From a virus: a stretch of 64,000 nucleotides of DNA. The position numbers and the translations under genes were made by a program. Shown piece after piece: positions 10,218 through 19,901 of this stretch. Under the pieces are notes generated by a model that saw only the letters and a list, made by a program, of their open reading frames with translations, searched no databases and was not told the origin of the DNA. Positions within the stretch are counted from its first letter, which is position 1. Each line of letters begins with the position of its first letter. Location of the stretch: positions 1 to 64,000 of the IMG/VR virus record IMGVR_UViG_3300027850_000003; one strand, written 5' to 3'.

Positions 10218-10970
10218 TTATCTAAGAATATTTTGAATAAAGTTTGAATAATCTTCTTTTATAGGTAAGTTTTCATCCACCTTTAATACTCTTCTAGTAG
10301 TTACAACTTCTTTTTCAGTAATTGGGTTATATCCTTTCTTTTCATAATTCTTCCAATAAATACCTGTACCTCTTCTCTGCCAAGTAGGAGTATCATTAAA
10401 GTTAATCCCGTTACTAAATAAAAGTTCATTTTTAAATTCTTTAGTTTGCTTATCTAGCATTGAAGTAGCTTTTCTAGCGCTATTACCTAGCTTTCTTAAT
10501 GTCCAATAAGACCATCCATTTAACGCACATCTGGTAGCATCCGCCTGTCTCCAGTTAAAATAATCTACTACTAAAGATTTATTAGCTAAAGAGCAAAGTC
10601 TGCTATCAAAACTAACTATCTTATTAGAAATGTAAGAAAAATTAGAGCTAGCGATACTAGCTGAGATAGATACTAGCTTTTCAACTGATTTGTCAAAAAG
10701 ATTCCAATTGTCAATAGGAAATAAAATAGATATTTCATCTGACTCAGTATAAGCATAAAGTCCTTCTAATTCAAGCATTAAAGCTTCAGTAGTCTCTACC
10801 ATGAAGTTATGAAATTTACAATCAAAAGGTTTGTTAAAATTCTCTAATTTAGTAAATTTAGAAAAAGAACGTCCATCAACTCTAATTATTGTATATGTTT
10901 CAGGTAGTAGTTTTAAACTGTGAAAATATTCAAAAGAACGCATCTTAGTCTCAAACATATCATTGTTCAT
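10218..10970 (-). CDS. tRNA(His) guanylyltransferase Thg1-like protein
   Basis: IRVDGRSFSKFT, KPFD, YTESDEISI, FDSR, YFNWRQAD and GINFND...RRG motifs. Confidence 0.93.
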   Translation of the reverse strand: MNNDMFETKMRSFEYFHSLKLLPETYTIIRVDGRSFSKFTKLENFNKPFDCKFHNFMVETTEALMLELEGLYAYTESDEISILFPIDNWNLFDKSVEKLVSISASIASSNFSYISNKIVSFDSRLCSLANKSLVVDYFNWRQADATRCALNGWSYWTLRKLGNSARKATSMLDKQTKEFKNELLFSNGINFNDTPTWQRRGTGIYWKNYEKKGYNPITEKEVVTTRRVLKVDENLPIKEDYSNFIQNILR

Positions 10971-11003
10971 ATTAATACCTCTTACTATTTACTAATTCAT
11001 TCG

Positions 11004-12008
11004 TTATTTTCTCACTCCTTGAATAAATCTTTTGCTAATATTATTTACTTTCCCAAATACTGAATCGTATATCTTATTTACTCCTCTAGTAAAATGAACT
11101 ACCTCAGTTAAAGCATTAAATACTCTATAAGCTGAATACTTACCTTTTGATAACTCTGCTCCTTTCTGTTCTTCTAAGAGTCTCATAGTTTCCTTAAATA
11201 GGTAGTTACTATCATAGTGTTCTACATTCTCTAACTCTAATGAATATCTAACTAGCTCAGTAATCTCCTTAGAATTTAAATCTAAAGAGTTCCAATACTG
11301 GTATAACTTAACAGTCTCTTGGAATGAGAAATCTTCTATATCAAAAGAAGTAAGCAGACTCTTATAGGTTTGGCTAGCATTTCCTCTATGACTTATAGTA
11401 TATCTCTGGTCGAAGTTACTAAGAGACATTCTAAGAGTGTTATCGCATACTACTCTGGTAATAGTTGAGTAAATTGCATTAGCTCCCTTATGATTACTCA
11501 GAAACATAAGAGTTAGTAGTAAGTCATCTCCTTCTACTACTGATAAAGTATTTTGCTCTAATTGAACCCAGAACATTTTACCTTGAAATAAGACCCCTGA
11601 ACTGTAATATTGTAATTTATCAGGAAACTCACTTCTTAGTTTCTCTGCTTTATCTAATACTTCTTTATGTTGGATAATTTCGTAAATATCCGAAACTGAA
11701 GAATTTAAAATAGTATTAATATCAGGTCTAGTTAGATAATGAACATCTTCACTAGGACTGAACCTATAATATTCATGAGTAAAATACGGTTTCTTTTCTA
11801 CTATGATATTCGAGACATTAGTATGATATTCAATATCTTCCTTAGTTATATTTCTATCATTAATAACTGTTGGAACCATTTTGAAACTTTCACCAGTATA
11901 AATGTTTCGATTAGTAGTTCCTGACCACCAAGGGAGTTCCTTGCCAATAAAGGGAATTAAAAACTCGGAGTTATCATTGATAGCTTCAACTTCGATACCG
12001 TGTGTCAT
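11004..12008 (-). CDS. DUF932-family phage protein
   Basis: SGVLFQGKMFW, NHKG, RVVCDNTL, ISHRG and VFNALTE motifs. Confidence 0.75.
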   Translation of the reverse strand: MTHGIEVEAINDNSEFLIPFIGKELPWWSGTTNRNIYTGESFKMVPTVINDRNITKEDIEYHTNVSNIIVEKKPYFTHEYYRFSPSEDVHYLTRPDINTILNSSVSDIYEIIQHKEVLDKAEKLRSEFPDKLQYYSSGVLFQGKMFWVQLEQNTLSVVEGDDLLLTLMFLSNHKGANAIYSTITRVVCDNTLRMSLSNFDQRYTISHRGNASQTYKSLLTSFDIEDFSFQETVKLYQYWNSLDLNSKEITELVRYSLELENVEHYDSNYLFKETMRLLEEQKGAELSKGKYSAYRVFNALTEVVHFTRGVNKIYDSVFGKVNNISKRFIQGVRK

Positions 12009-12151
12009 AGGTTTTATCCTTTAGTTAAGTGAATGAGTAGTTAGTTACTCCCTACTTTTCTATACTTTTACTTTCGTTTCTTATCTTACGAACGAGACTA
12101 TTGTGATTTGGAGTTGGGGAAGAGAAGATTATTAGTCATAAAACAGAAGTT

Positions 12152-12198
12152 TGTATTATTTATTTTATCTTAAGGCTCCAGAATTAAAATTTAATACA
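12152..12198. repeat. Left copy of 47-bp inverted repeat flanking helicase-like gene 1
   Basis: TGTATTATTTATTTTATCTTAAGGCTCCAGAATTAAAATTTAATACA matches reverse complement of 14235..14281 at 45/47 positions. Confidence 0.95.
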
Positions 12199-12474
12199 TT
12201 ATCGTTTCTATTTTTTCACTACTTTTTACTCTACTATCTTCTATTATTATATTTATTTTTAGAATTCATAAGTTTTACCTATTGTAATTTGGAGTTGGAT
12301 AGGAAATAGTGATGTTTTATTATCTAAAGTAGATAAATAGCGGGGAAAGATATATAAAATCGAGTAAGAACGCTTAAAAAAATATCTACTCAAAATGTAC
12401 TACTTTTAATTATAACCTTACTTTTTTTTGTACTATAATACTATTATAGCTCTTTATATACGAAAAAGTAATAG

Positions 12475-14154
12475 CTAAACTATCTCGTACCCTGCAACAG
12501 TTTTATTATTGACAGACTTTCTAGTAGCTTGAATATTAAAAATTCTCTCAATATCACTAGCTTTAGCTTTTTTCTCTAATCCAATATCCTCATAAAGTCT
12601 AGTTAAAATCACTTTTATATCCTTAGATAAGTAAAAACCAAGAGTGAAAAGATTCTTAACCTCTTTGTCTATAAACTCTTGTGATCTTAAGTTATTAAAT
12701 TCTTTTCTAATCTTATCCGGTTGAAATCCTAGTCTTTTATAATCTCTTTTAGATAAGACTCCAATAGTTTCTTTTATTAATGGACAAGCATTACTAGCAG
12801 CTTCTAAACTAATTTCGTCGTTGCAATAAGCTTTAATAATATTTCTTGCATTTTTACTAACTATAAAATCTAATTTGATGAAGGGGTTTTCTAAAATTTC
12901 AAATCTTTTACTTTCTTCATAAAAACAATTGATAGAAAGCCCATTCTTATAAACTTCAATGACATCTTTGTATCTCCTCTTCTCTAATAGGAGGAGTAGC
13001 TCATCAAAGTATACTTGTCCTTCTTCATTTCTAGCCAAATAACTATCTTCTGTGAATCCCTTAGCTGCTGCTTCTTTTTGCTTATCTGTTCCAGTATTAT
13101 AAAGACTTAACCAATCATTAGTAGTCTCAATTTTTGTTTCAATTATACTTTCAAATTCTTCTTTAGTAATACTTAAAGGATTTTCATTAAATATGTGGAT
13201 AATATAGTGCCTAAAAGGATTAGTTTCAGTTCTAATACGTCCAGCCACTTGAAAAATATCAGTGTCAATGGAAACTAATGTGTTTTTATTCCTGTTATTT
13301 GAGACAACAAAAGCTAAACCTGTATCTGAATAAATATCTACTCCTTTAAATGCACAGGAAATTATAAAATTGAACATTTTCTCTGGGTTATTAGCAGTAG
13401 AAATACCAAAATACCCTAATTTTTTCTTATTTTCTAATGTATTACTACAAATAACTCTACATTCACTTATTAATAGGTCACAAGATTCAATAATATCTCG
13501 AATCATAGTAACACTGTTGACATAAAAATAGGCAGCTTGAGGTTTTTTTCCGTCTATTTCAATGTCCAAGCATTCGTCTCTAAATTTAGCTACTATTTGC
13601 TTAACTTTATAAATCGGGTTAGTAGTTTTTAAGGGAGTAACTTTAACTTTTTCAATATTATCCCACTCTAATTCAGTATAAGGAAGGTTTTTTAATTGAG
13701 TAGGAAGAAACTCTTTCTCTATTGGAGTAGCTGAGATAAAACTTACTTTAGGAAAATTCTCAATTGTAGTTAGTAGAGTATTAATTGCTTTATTTCTATA
13801 AGCATAAGCGTCTAATAAGTCACTAAATTCATCAATAACAATGTGGTACAAAGGTGATATAAAAGAAGCTACTTTATGAAAAGAATCGTAAGTCACCATT
13901 ATTTTAGGTACTTCTGTATTCTCAATATAATCTTTTATTGTGACTTCAGTAACTCCTGAGTAAACCCCTAATATATCTTCTTTTCTTCTATTATTAGGGT
14001 ATTGAGCTACTTTATTATTTATCATAGCTACTGTAGGAACTACTAAGACTAGAGCATCTGAGTTCTCAAGAGCAAATGAACTACAACCACACCCTGTAAT
14101 TTTTTTGTCAACTATACCTAAAGGGATTTCTGAGTATTTGTCTGAATAATACAT
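12475..14154 (-). CDS. SF2 (DExD/H)-like helicase/origin-binding-like protein with putative C-terminal DNA-binding domain
   Basis: TGCGCS (degenerate Walker A), VVPT, TYDS, IIDEF, SATP, FKGVDIY, QVAGRIR motifs; paralog of 60645..62477. Confidence 0.75.
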   Translation of the reverse strand: MYYSDKYSEIPLGIVDKKITGCGCSSFALENSDALVLVVPTVAMINNKVAQYPNNRRKEDILGVYSGVTEVTIKDYIENTEVPKIMVTYDSFHKVASFISPLYHIVIDEFSDLLDAYAYRNKAINTLLTTIENFPKVSFISATPIEKEFLPTQLKNLPYTELEWDNIEKVKVTPLKTTNPIYKVKQIVAKFRDECLDIEIDGKKPQAAYFYVNSVTMIRDIIESCDLLISECRVICSNTLENKKKLGYFGISTANNPEKMFNFIISCAFKGVDIYSDTGLAFVVSNNRNKNTLVSIDTDIFQVAGRIRTETNPFRHYIIHIFNENPLSITKEEFESIIETKIETTNDWLSLYNTGTDKQKEAAAKGFTEDSYLARNEEGQVYFDELLLLLEKRRYKDVIEVYKNGLSINCFYEESKRFEILENPFIKLDFIVSKNARNIIKAYCNDEISLEAASNACPLIKETIGVLSKRDYKRLGFQPDKIRKEFNNLRSQEFIDKEVKNLFTLGFYLSKDIKVILTRLYEDIGLEKKAKASDIERIFNIQATRKSVNNKTVAGYEIV

Positions 14155-14234
14155 ACGCTGATTTAATTACTTTTTATGTTGTTTTATTTATTATAACTCA
14201 CTTTATATATAAAAAAGTAAAAACCCACCTAGAT

Positions 14235-14281
14235 TGTGTTAAATTTTAATTCTGGAGCCTTAAGATAAAATAAATAACACA
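14235..14281. repeat. Right copy of 47-bp inverted repeat
   Basis: Reverse complement of 12152..12198 with 2 mismatches. Confidence 0.95.
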
Positions 14282-14468
14282 TAATCGTCATAATTATATA
14301 ATCTATTTCTTAATTTTCCCAGCATTATAGTAAGTGATTAGCTATTATTGTAGTTAAATTTAGAATTTCTAAAAATAGCTATAATAATAATCTTTCAGCT
14401 ACTAAAGATTTACTGAAAATTAGAAAGAATAGATAATTACCAGGGAGTTTTTAGGCTCCCTTTCTCAT

Positions 14469-14675
14469 TTACTCTTTCAACTCATAATCAGTACAATTCT
14501 CAGCGTGGTATATTTCAGAAGGGTTTACAGCACAAGGAAGATGCTCATTCCCATTATAAAATACACATTCTGAGCAAGTAGGAGGTAGTTCTTCTATTAT
14601 CTTATATAGCCAGTCAGGATCGAAATCTTCTGGTAAATCTTCTAGCTCTTCAAATCCATCTTTTTCAATAGTCAT
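14469..14675 (-). CDS. Small Cys-rich protein, DUF6464-like
   Basis: CSECVFY...LPCAVNP...CTDYE motif resembling a cyanobacterial family. Confidence 0.6.
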   Translation of the reverse strand: MTIEKDGFEELEDLPEDFDPDWLYKIIEELPPTCSECVFYNGNEHLPCAVNPSEIYHAENCTDYELKE

Positions 14676-15729
14676 AATTAACTCCTAGTAATAATTAAGT
14701 AGACCAATATTTCAGATAGTAGTAAGCAAGTGCCTAGTGAGTTGTTTTCTGTCATGATACTTATCTTTTTAAATGTTTCCCAAGTTTTTTCGGTCAACAC
14801 ATTATGAATTATCATTGTTAGAGTTTTTCCAAATAGACCCAAATACTACCTCGCATCGCTACCGCCTCTTTAACATAGTGATATCCTAGTGCCAGCCAAT
14901 CTCTATTACCTAATGATGAAGCTAACTCGTCAAAAGTGTCAATAGCTACCCAACCATTAATGCCGTCAAACGGGTGTTCTGTTATGTCAACCGCTTCTTG
15001 AATTGTCATCTTTATTTCCTAAGTTAGTAAGAGGAGTTTTATAATAGCTCCTCTAGTTATTATTTGTTAATTTAATTTATCTTTTACTGATTTAGTATCG
15101 TCTGTAACTTCACGATCAATTTTTTCTCTAGCTTTACTTTTTTCTTCAGGAGTAGAAGCTTCACGTCTGGGTTCCATTAGCTTATCTATTTCTTCTCTAG
15201 ATTCAGGGGAAACGTAGTTAGGGATATTCATATTATTTTTTCTACTATTTTATAATAATTTAGTTGTTTTCTTCTTCATTTAAAGGATAGTCATCTAGCG
15301 GAATAAATTCTGAGTCATCTTGTTTAGCTACCTCTACTGCCATTTCAAAAGCTTCAGGAATTTCTAGCTCCGTAGCAATCTGATAAACTTCTAGATCGAA
15401 CTCAGGTAAATTGAGGTCATTTGAAAAAGTCATAATTTTTACTCTCTACTTTTAGATAAATCATTACGTTTTCTACCATATCTTTAAAAGAACTAAAGTG
15501 ATTTATTTCTTCATCTCCTATAAACCAATAATACTGCTGTTCTAATTCATTTCCTTGTTCGTCATATTTTTCACTTAAATAGTCTTCTCCACTTTTATAA
15601 GTAAAATCATGTAAATTATCAATGAAATAGTCTAGTAGATTTTTATAGAAATTCTCGTGGTATTCAGTTTCCATAGTTTTTCTGATTTAAAAAGGTCTAA
15701 GATATTTCACCTAGACCTATAAAGGTTAA

Positions 15730-18700
15730 TTATTTACTTTTTTCTGGCATTAAACATTTATCTGAGTCACATCCTGTACTACCTGACTCCGCTACAAAGT
15801 CAAATCCTTTAGAATATTGGTTAACTAGAGTTACAAAGTCAGTAGAAATTTGTCTATTTTTTACTGCTTGCATTTCTTCTAAGTATTTCTCATGAGTAAT
15901 AGGTTCAAAAGGTAGTCTAGGAAACGTCTCTAGTGAGTCGAATTTCGCGAGTAAGGCAGCAGAGATGTAACCTTCATCATTTTGTATTAGGTTGTAGATA
16001 GCGGTTCCTAGTGGCTCGATTTCAGCTTCTGTGAGTTCGATAGTAGCTGAAACAGTATGAGTAGCATAGTATTTCTGAACTTGCATAAAAAAATCAAGTT
16101 GAGCTAGCACAGTGTTTTCGCTAGGGTTGTAATCTGCCTTATCCGCTATAGATGCCCAAGATACTTCTACTGGAATTTCTATTAACACTTCATTAACTCT
16201 TGGGTCATTTATGTCATTTAGTAGATTTCCATTTTCGTCTTTGCATGATTGAGAAGGAACAATATTATAGCCATAATCTTTACTAGCACTAACAATAGGA
16301 CTATTACTACTAAAAGTAATCCTACGAATATATCTAGTAGCTTTAGGAGCGTGCCAACCAGCCGAAGCATTAGTAAGTAAAGAAACGGAGCCTGAAGGTT
16401 GTACAACAGTATAACGATTAGGTTGTTTAATACTATGTCTTTTGCAATACTCTTCAACTGTTTCTCTTACACTATTTTTCCATAACTCTAAATAATAACG
16501 TTCAGTATCTAAGAAATATTGAGCTTCTGAAGAGTCTTTACTTCTTCCAGTTTTCCACCATAACAGCCAGTCAGCACCAAACTTATTGACAAAGAAATCG
16601 AATAATCCAGTAAAAGAAATTCCGATAATAGGATCAATTTCACGAGAATATTTAAAATCTTCAATATCAAATTCATGACTAAGTAAAGGTAAAGCTGCTA
16701 AGGTAGATGCTTTAAATGCTTCTACTTGTTCCAGTTCGTTATTTGGGTCTAAATTATTTAAATGTACTTGAGATAAGTTGCACAGAAATTTTTCACCTAA
16801 AACCTCAAAACAATTGTGAGTGACGATACCATTAGCAATAAAAGAGTTAGTTAATGGGACGTGTAAATCATAAACAGTTTCTTCTCCTACTTCTTTTACT
16901 GAAACTACATTAGAAGAATAACGTTTATTTACTGTCTCCTCTAAATAGTTTATTAAAGGTTTTTCTACCCATAAATCTGCTTGTTCTTGTTTAAGAGGAC
17001 AAAGAGGAAACCCAATTATTTCCACAAACCTATTAAAACTCTCAGCAAATATTGATAAAGTATAACTACCATTATTATTACTTATTTTTTTTGTACCATC
17101 TTTTAAAGTATACGGAACTCCTTTAGCTCCTGACTTTACAGCGCATCTAGTAGATGATATAATTCCTAAGTTTAAAAGTAAAATTTGTATTTGCTCTATA
17201 AATTTTTTTGATTTATTCACTAACAGTGCTTGACGAGCTACTGCTTTATTAATATTCCCTACTGAACCATCAGCAGAAAATAAACCTTGCAAAAAACCTA
17301 TAATAGTTTCTCTTCTCTCTTGAAAAAAGCTAACAGGTAACTCTTCTTTTGTTTGCACGTTTAATCTATCAAACCAATCACTTAACTTTAAAGAACAGGA
17401 TTTAAATTCATACACTCCTTTGTGTAGTCTAGGAATATATCTATGCTCAGTAATTGTCTCTAAAGCATAAAGAACTGTAGTTCCTGCTGTTAAATATTCT
17501 TTAGGATTAAATACGAATCCTTTAGCTAAATACTCCGCTCTATTTTTACTTCTGCTTTTCATTTTCACGTTATACCCATCACCATACCACCAACCTAGCA
17601 TTTGAGACTGTTCAGAATTAATATTATTCTTAGAATCTTCACCCCATTTTCCTTCTCCTTGTTGAAATAAAACTTTATGTTCGGAAGTTAAATTTTTAGT
17701 TTCTACCCAACCTTTATCCGTAAAATGTTGATGATTAGAAGTAGATTTAACAGACAAACCATTAGCTAGTTTTACTTCATAAATAGCTTTAACTCCTGTA
17801 GAAAATGCAATAGCCTGTGTTTGGATTACTCCAGAAAGACCAATAGTTCTTAAATCTACAGAAGTCTCAAAAGTTTTACCAGCTAAATCTTGAATAGGAA
17901 CTAAACCATTGGCAGTAGCAATTAGAGTATCCCCAATTAGGCAGGGGTTGGCAGAATACCGTTGCATTCGATGTTCTAGTTCTTTATTATCCATTTCTTT
18001 TAAAGATAGGAGATAGTTACTACCATCTCTTCTTGACTGACAATAGAGTGCAATAAACTCTAGCTTCTTTTCGCTTGTATTCAGTAAATCAACATTACCT
18101 CTAGCAATAGCTTCTGGAACATATTGAATTGCCCCTTCTCCTGAGTAGTATTGCTTTCTAACTGCTTCAATAATAGTTTCCAAATCAGGTTTATTATGGT
18201 AACAAAGAGTATGATTTCCAAATCTAAGCATATCTCGGTCAGGGTCAATTTTCCAGTTACCTTGATCATCCTGAACCCATAAATTATCTTTTGACTCAGA
18301 AAAGAATTTATCGCTTGGAGTTCCTTGATTAATTCTCGCACTTCTTCTGATGTTCCCGGAAACGGCTATTACCCCATGAATAGCTAAGATTTTACATATT
18401 TCTAAACTATTTAATTTTCTTCCTACTGAAGTGTTTAGTATTTTGATAATATTTTTAAGCCCTTCTTCTAGTCTCTCAGGGTTACTTAATCCTCCAAAAC
18501 CTTTAAGAATTTTCCCAGCAGGTCTTACTTCCGATAAATCTATATAAAGGTGAATTTTTTCATATTTTACATTTTCAAAGTTATAAGAGAAATCAAAGGA
18601 TGCAAATTTTAATAAGTCAGTAGCAATATCAACCCAACCTTCTTTAGAATCTCCTACTTTATATTTAATAACTAAAGCTTTAGAATCTGAGTCTAGTGAA

Positions 18701-19182
18701 CAAGTATAATTGCTACTCTCAAAGATATTATTCTCATTCCATTGAGAGCCTAGCTCAACTACTTCTTTTACTTCAATAGAGTAATTAATCTCGGGCAACT
18801 GACTAATAATATGCTCCTCAACTACTGTCCCAACTCCACATCCCATTAGTAAAGCTCTAAAGTTAAATCTAAACGCTTTCCAGCTATCTACTGGAACTGA
18901 GGCACAATTATATGCACCAATAAAGTTCTTCTGCTGTTTTACCCAGTCAGTACCTCCGATCCAAAACCATCTACCAGATACAAAGACAATGTTCTTATAA
19001 AAATACTCCCTAACTAACTCTAATTCTTTATCTGTCAACAATCCAAAATCTTGTAATCCTTTAATCGCTCTATCTTTAGCTTCTTGAGCTGTCTCCTTAG
19101 CCCCAGTTGCAGAAGTTCGAGAATAGCTACGAAGAAATAACGGGTAAGCAGTAGTAGCAGTGAAATCAGTATTCTGAGGCAT
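15730..19182 (-). CDS. nrdJ: Class II (adenosylcobalamin-dependent, monomeric RTPR-type) ribonucleotide reductase with intein
   Basis: SGRWFWIGGT, AYNC, GCGVG, GNIRRSA, ANP|C.E, LCNL, VQPSGSVSLL and C-terminal GCDSDKC motifs. Confidence 0.93.
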   Translation of the reverse strand: MPQNTDFTATTAYPLFLRSYSRTSATGAKETAQEAKDRAIKGLQDFGLLTDKELELVREYFYKNIVFVSGRWFWIGGTDWVKQQKNFIGAYNCASVPVDSWKAFRFNFRALLMGCGVGTVVEEHIISQLPEINYSIEVKEVVELGSQWNENNIFESSNYTCSLDSDSKALVIKYKVGDSKEGWVDIATDLLKFASFDFSYNFENVKYEKIHLYIDLSEVRPAGKILKGFGGLSNPERLEEGLKNIIKILNTSVGRKLNSLEICKILAIHGVIAVSGNIRRSARINQGTPSDKFFSESKDNLWVQDDQGNWKIDPDRDMLRFGNHTLCYHNKPDLETIIEAVRKQYYSGEGAIQYVPEAIARGNVDLLNTSEKKLEFIALYCQSRRDGSNYLLSLKEMDNKELEHRMQRYSANPCLIGDTLIATANGLVPIQDLAGKTFETSVDLRTIGLSGVIQTQAIAFSTGVKAIYEVKLANGLSVKSTSNHQHFTDKGWVETKNLTSEHKVLFQQGEGKWGEDSKNNINSEQSQMLGWWYGDGYNVKMKSRSKNRAEYLAKGFVFNPKEYLTAGTTVLYALETITEHRYIPRLHKGVYEFKSCSLKLSDWFDRLNVQTKEELPVSFFQERRETIIGFLQGLFSADGSVGNINKAVARQALLVNKSKKFIEQIQILLLNLGIISSTRCAVKSGAKGVPYTLKDGTKKISNNNGSYTLSIFAESFNRFVEIIGFPLCPLKQEQADLWVEKPLINYLEETVNKRYSSNVVSVKEVGEETVYDLHVPLTNSFIANGIVTHNCFEVLGEKFLCNLSQVHLNNLDPNNELEQVEAFKASTLAALPLLSHEFDIEDFKYSREIDPIIGISFTGLFDFFVNKFGADWLLWWKTGRSKDSSEAQYFLDTERYYLELWKNSVRETVEEYCKRHSIKQPNRYTVVQPSGSVSLLTNASAGWHAPKATRYIRRITFSSNSPIVSASKDYGYNIVPSQSCKDENGNLLNDINDPRVNEVLIEIPVEVSWASIADKADYNPSENTVLAQLDFFMQVQKYYATHTVSATIELTEAEIEPLGTAIYNLIQNDEGYISAALLAKFDSLETFPRLPFEPITHEKYLEEMQAVKNRQISTDFVTLVNQYSKGFDFVAESGSTGCDSDKCLMPEKSK
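16813..17943 (-). mobile_element. Intein with LAGLIDADG homing endonuclease (377 aa) in nrdJ
   Basis: Begins CLIGDT, ends VYDLHVPLTNSFIANGIVTHN followed by C; LGWWYGDG and FLQGLFSADG blocks. Confidence 0.95.
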
Positions 19183-19901
19183 ATTTTTATTTAAGAACGT
19201 TTACCTATTTTAACTTTGAAAATAAAGAAGATGCACATTGATTAGTTTTTTTAAATTCTTTCTTTAAGTCTATTACTAATCCATATCTTCCCCATCAAAC
19301 CAGTTAATTAAATATTTGATGTTTTCTCTAGTAAGCTTATAGCCTAGTATTTCTTTTTTTTCATCAAACCAGCACTTATAAATATTAGTTTCCCAATTTA
19401 AATATTGAATAATAAATTGAACATAAACTACAAATTGATACTCTAAATCATAAGGATAACAGACATAGTAATTAAGCGGTTTTATATTGGAATCTTGGCT
19501 AAATTGATAAGAGTTACAATAAATGTGCTTCAATATATCTACTACTTTTTCACCAATTTTAATACTATAATTCTCACAATAAGTAGTTAAATCTAAAACA
19601 TAATCTGTTAAAAATAATAATCTTCTATTTCTTTCATCAACTACCTCTTCTAATTCTTCGTTTAGTGTGTAGCTTCTAGTAATTAGAAAATTATGATATT
19701 CTTGTTCTAATTTAGTTTTATTCATTTTTTTAGAAATAGGTATTTAGTATAGCTTCTGTGTAGTCCTCTAAGTTCAATTTTTTAAGAATTTTAGTAGTAT
19801 TAATTTTGTTAACCTCCTTATTAGTCAACTTTAAAATTTCTTGTACTACGATCATTACTCCTTCCGTTTGTCCACTAAAATAAAAACTAGCTTCCATAAT
19901 A

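Noticed and set aside
12140-14295. Classical IS/transposon call for the IR-flanked units
   Set aside because: No DDE, HUH or recombinase motifs inside and no evident target-site duplication; left as an unexplained element.
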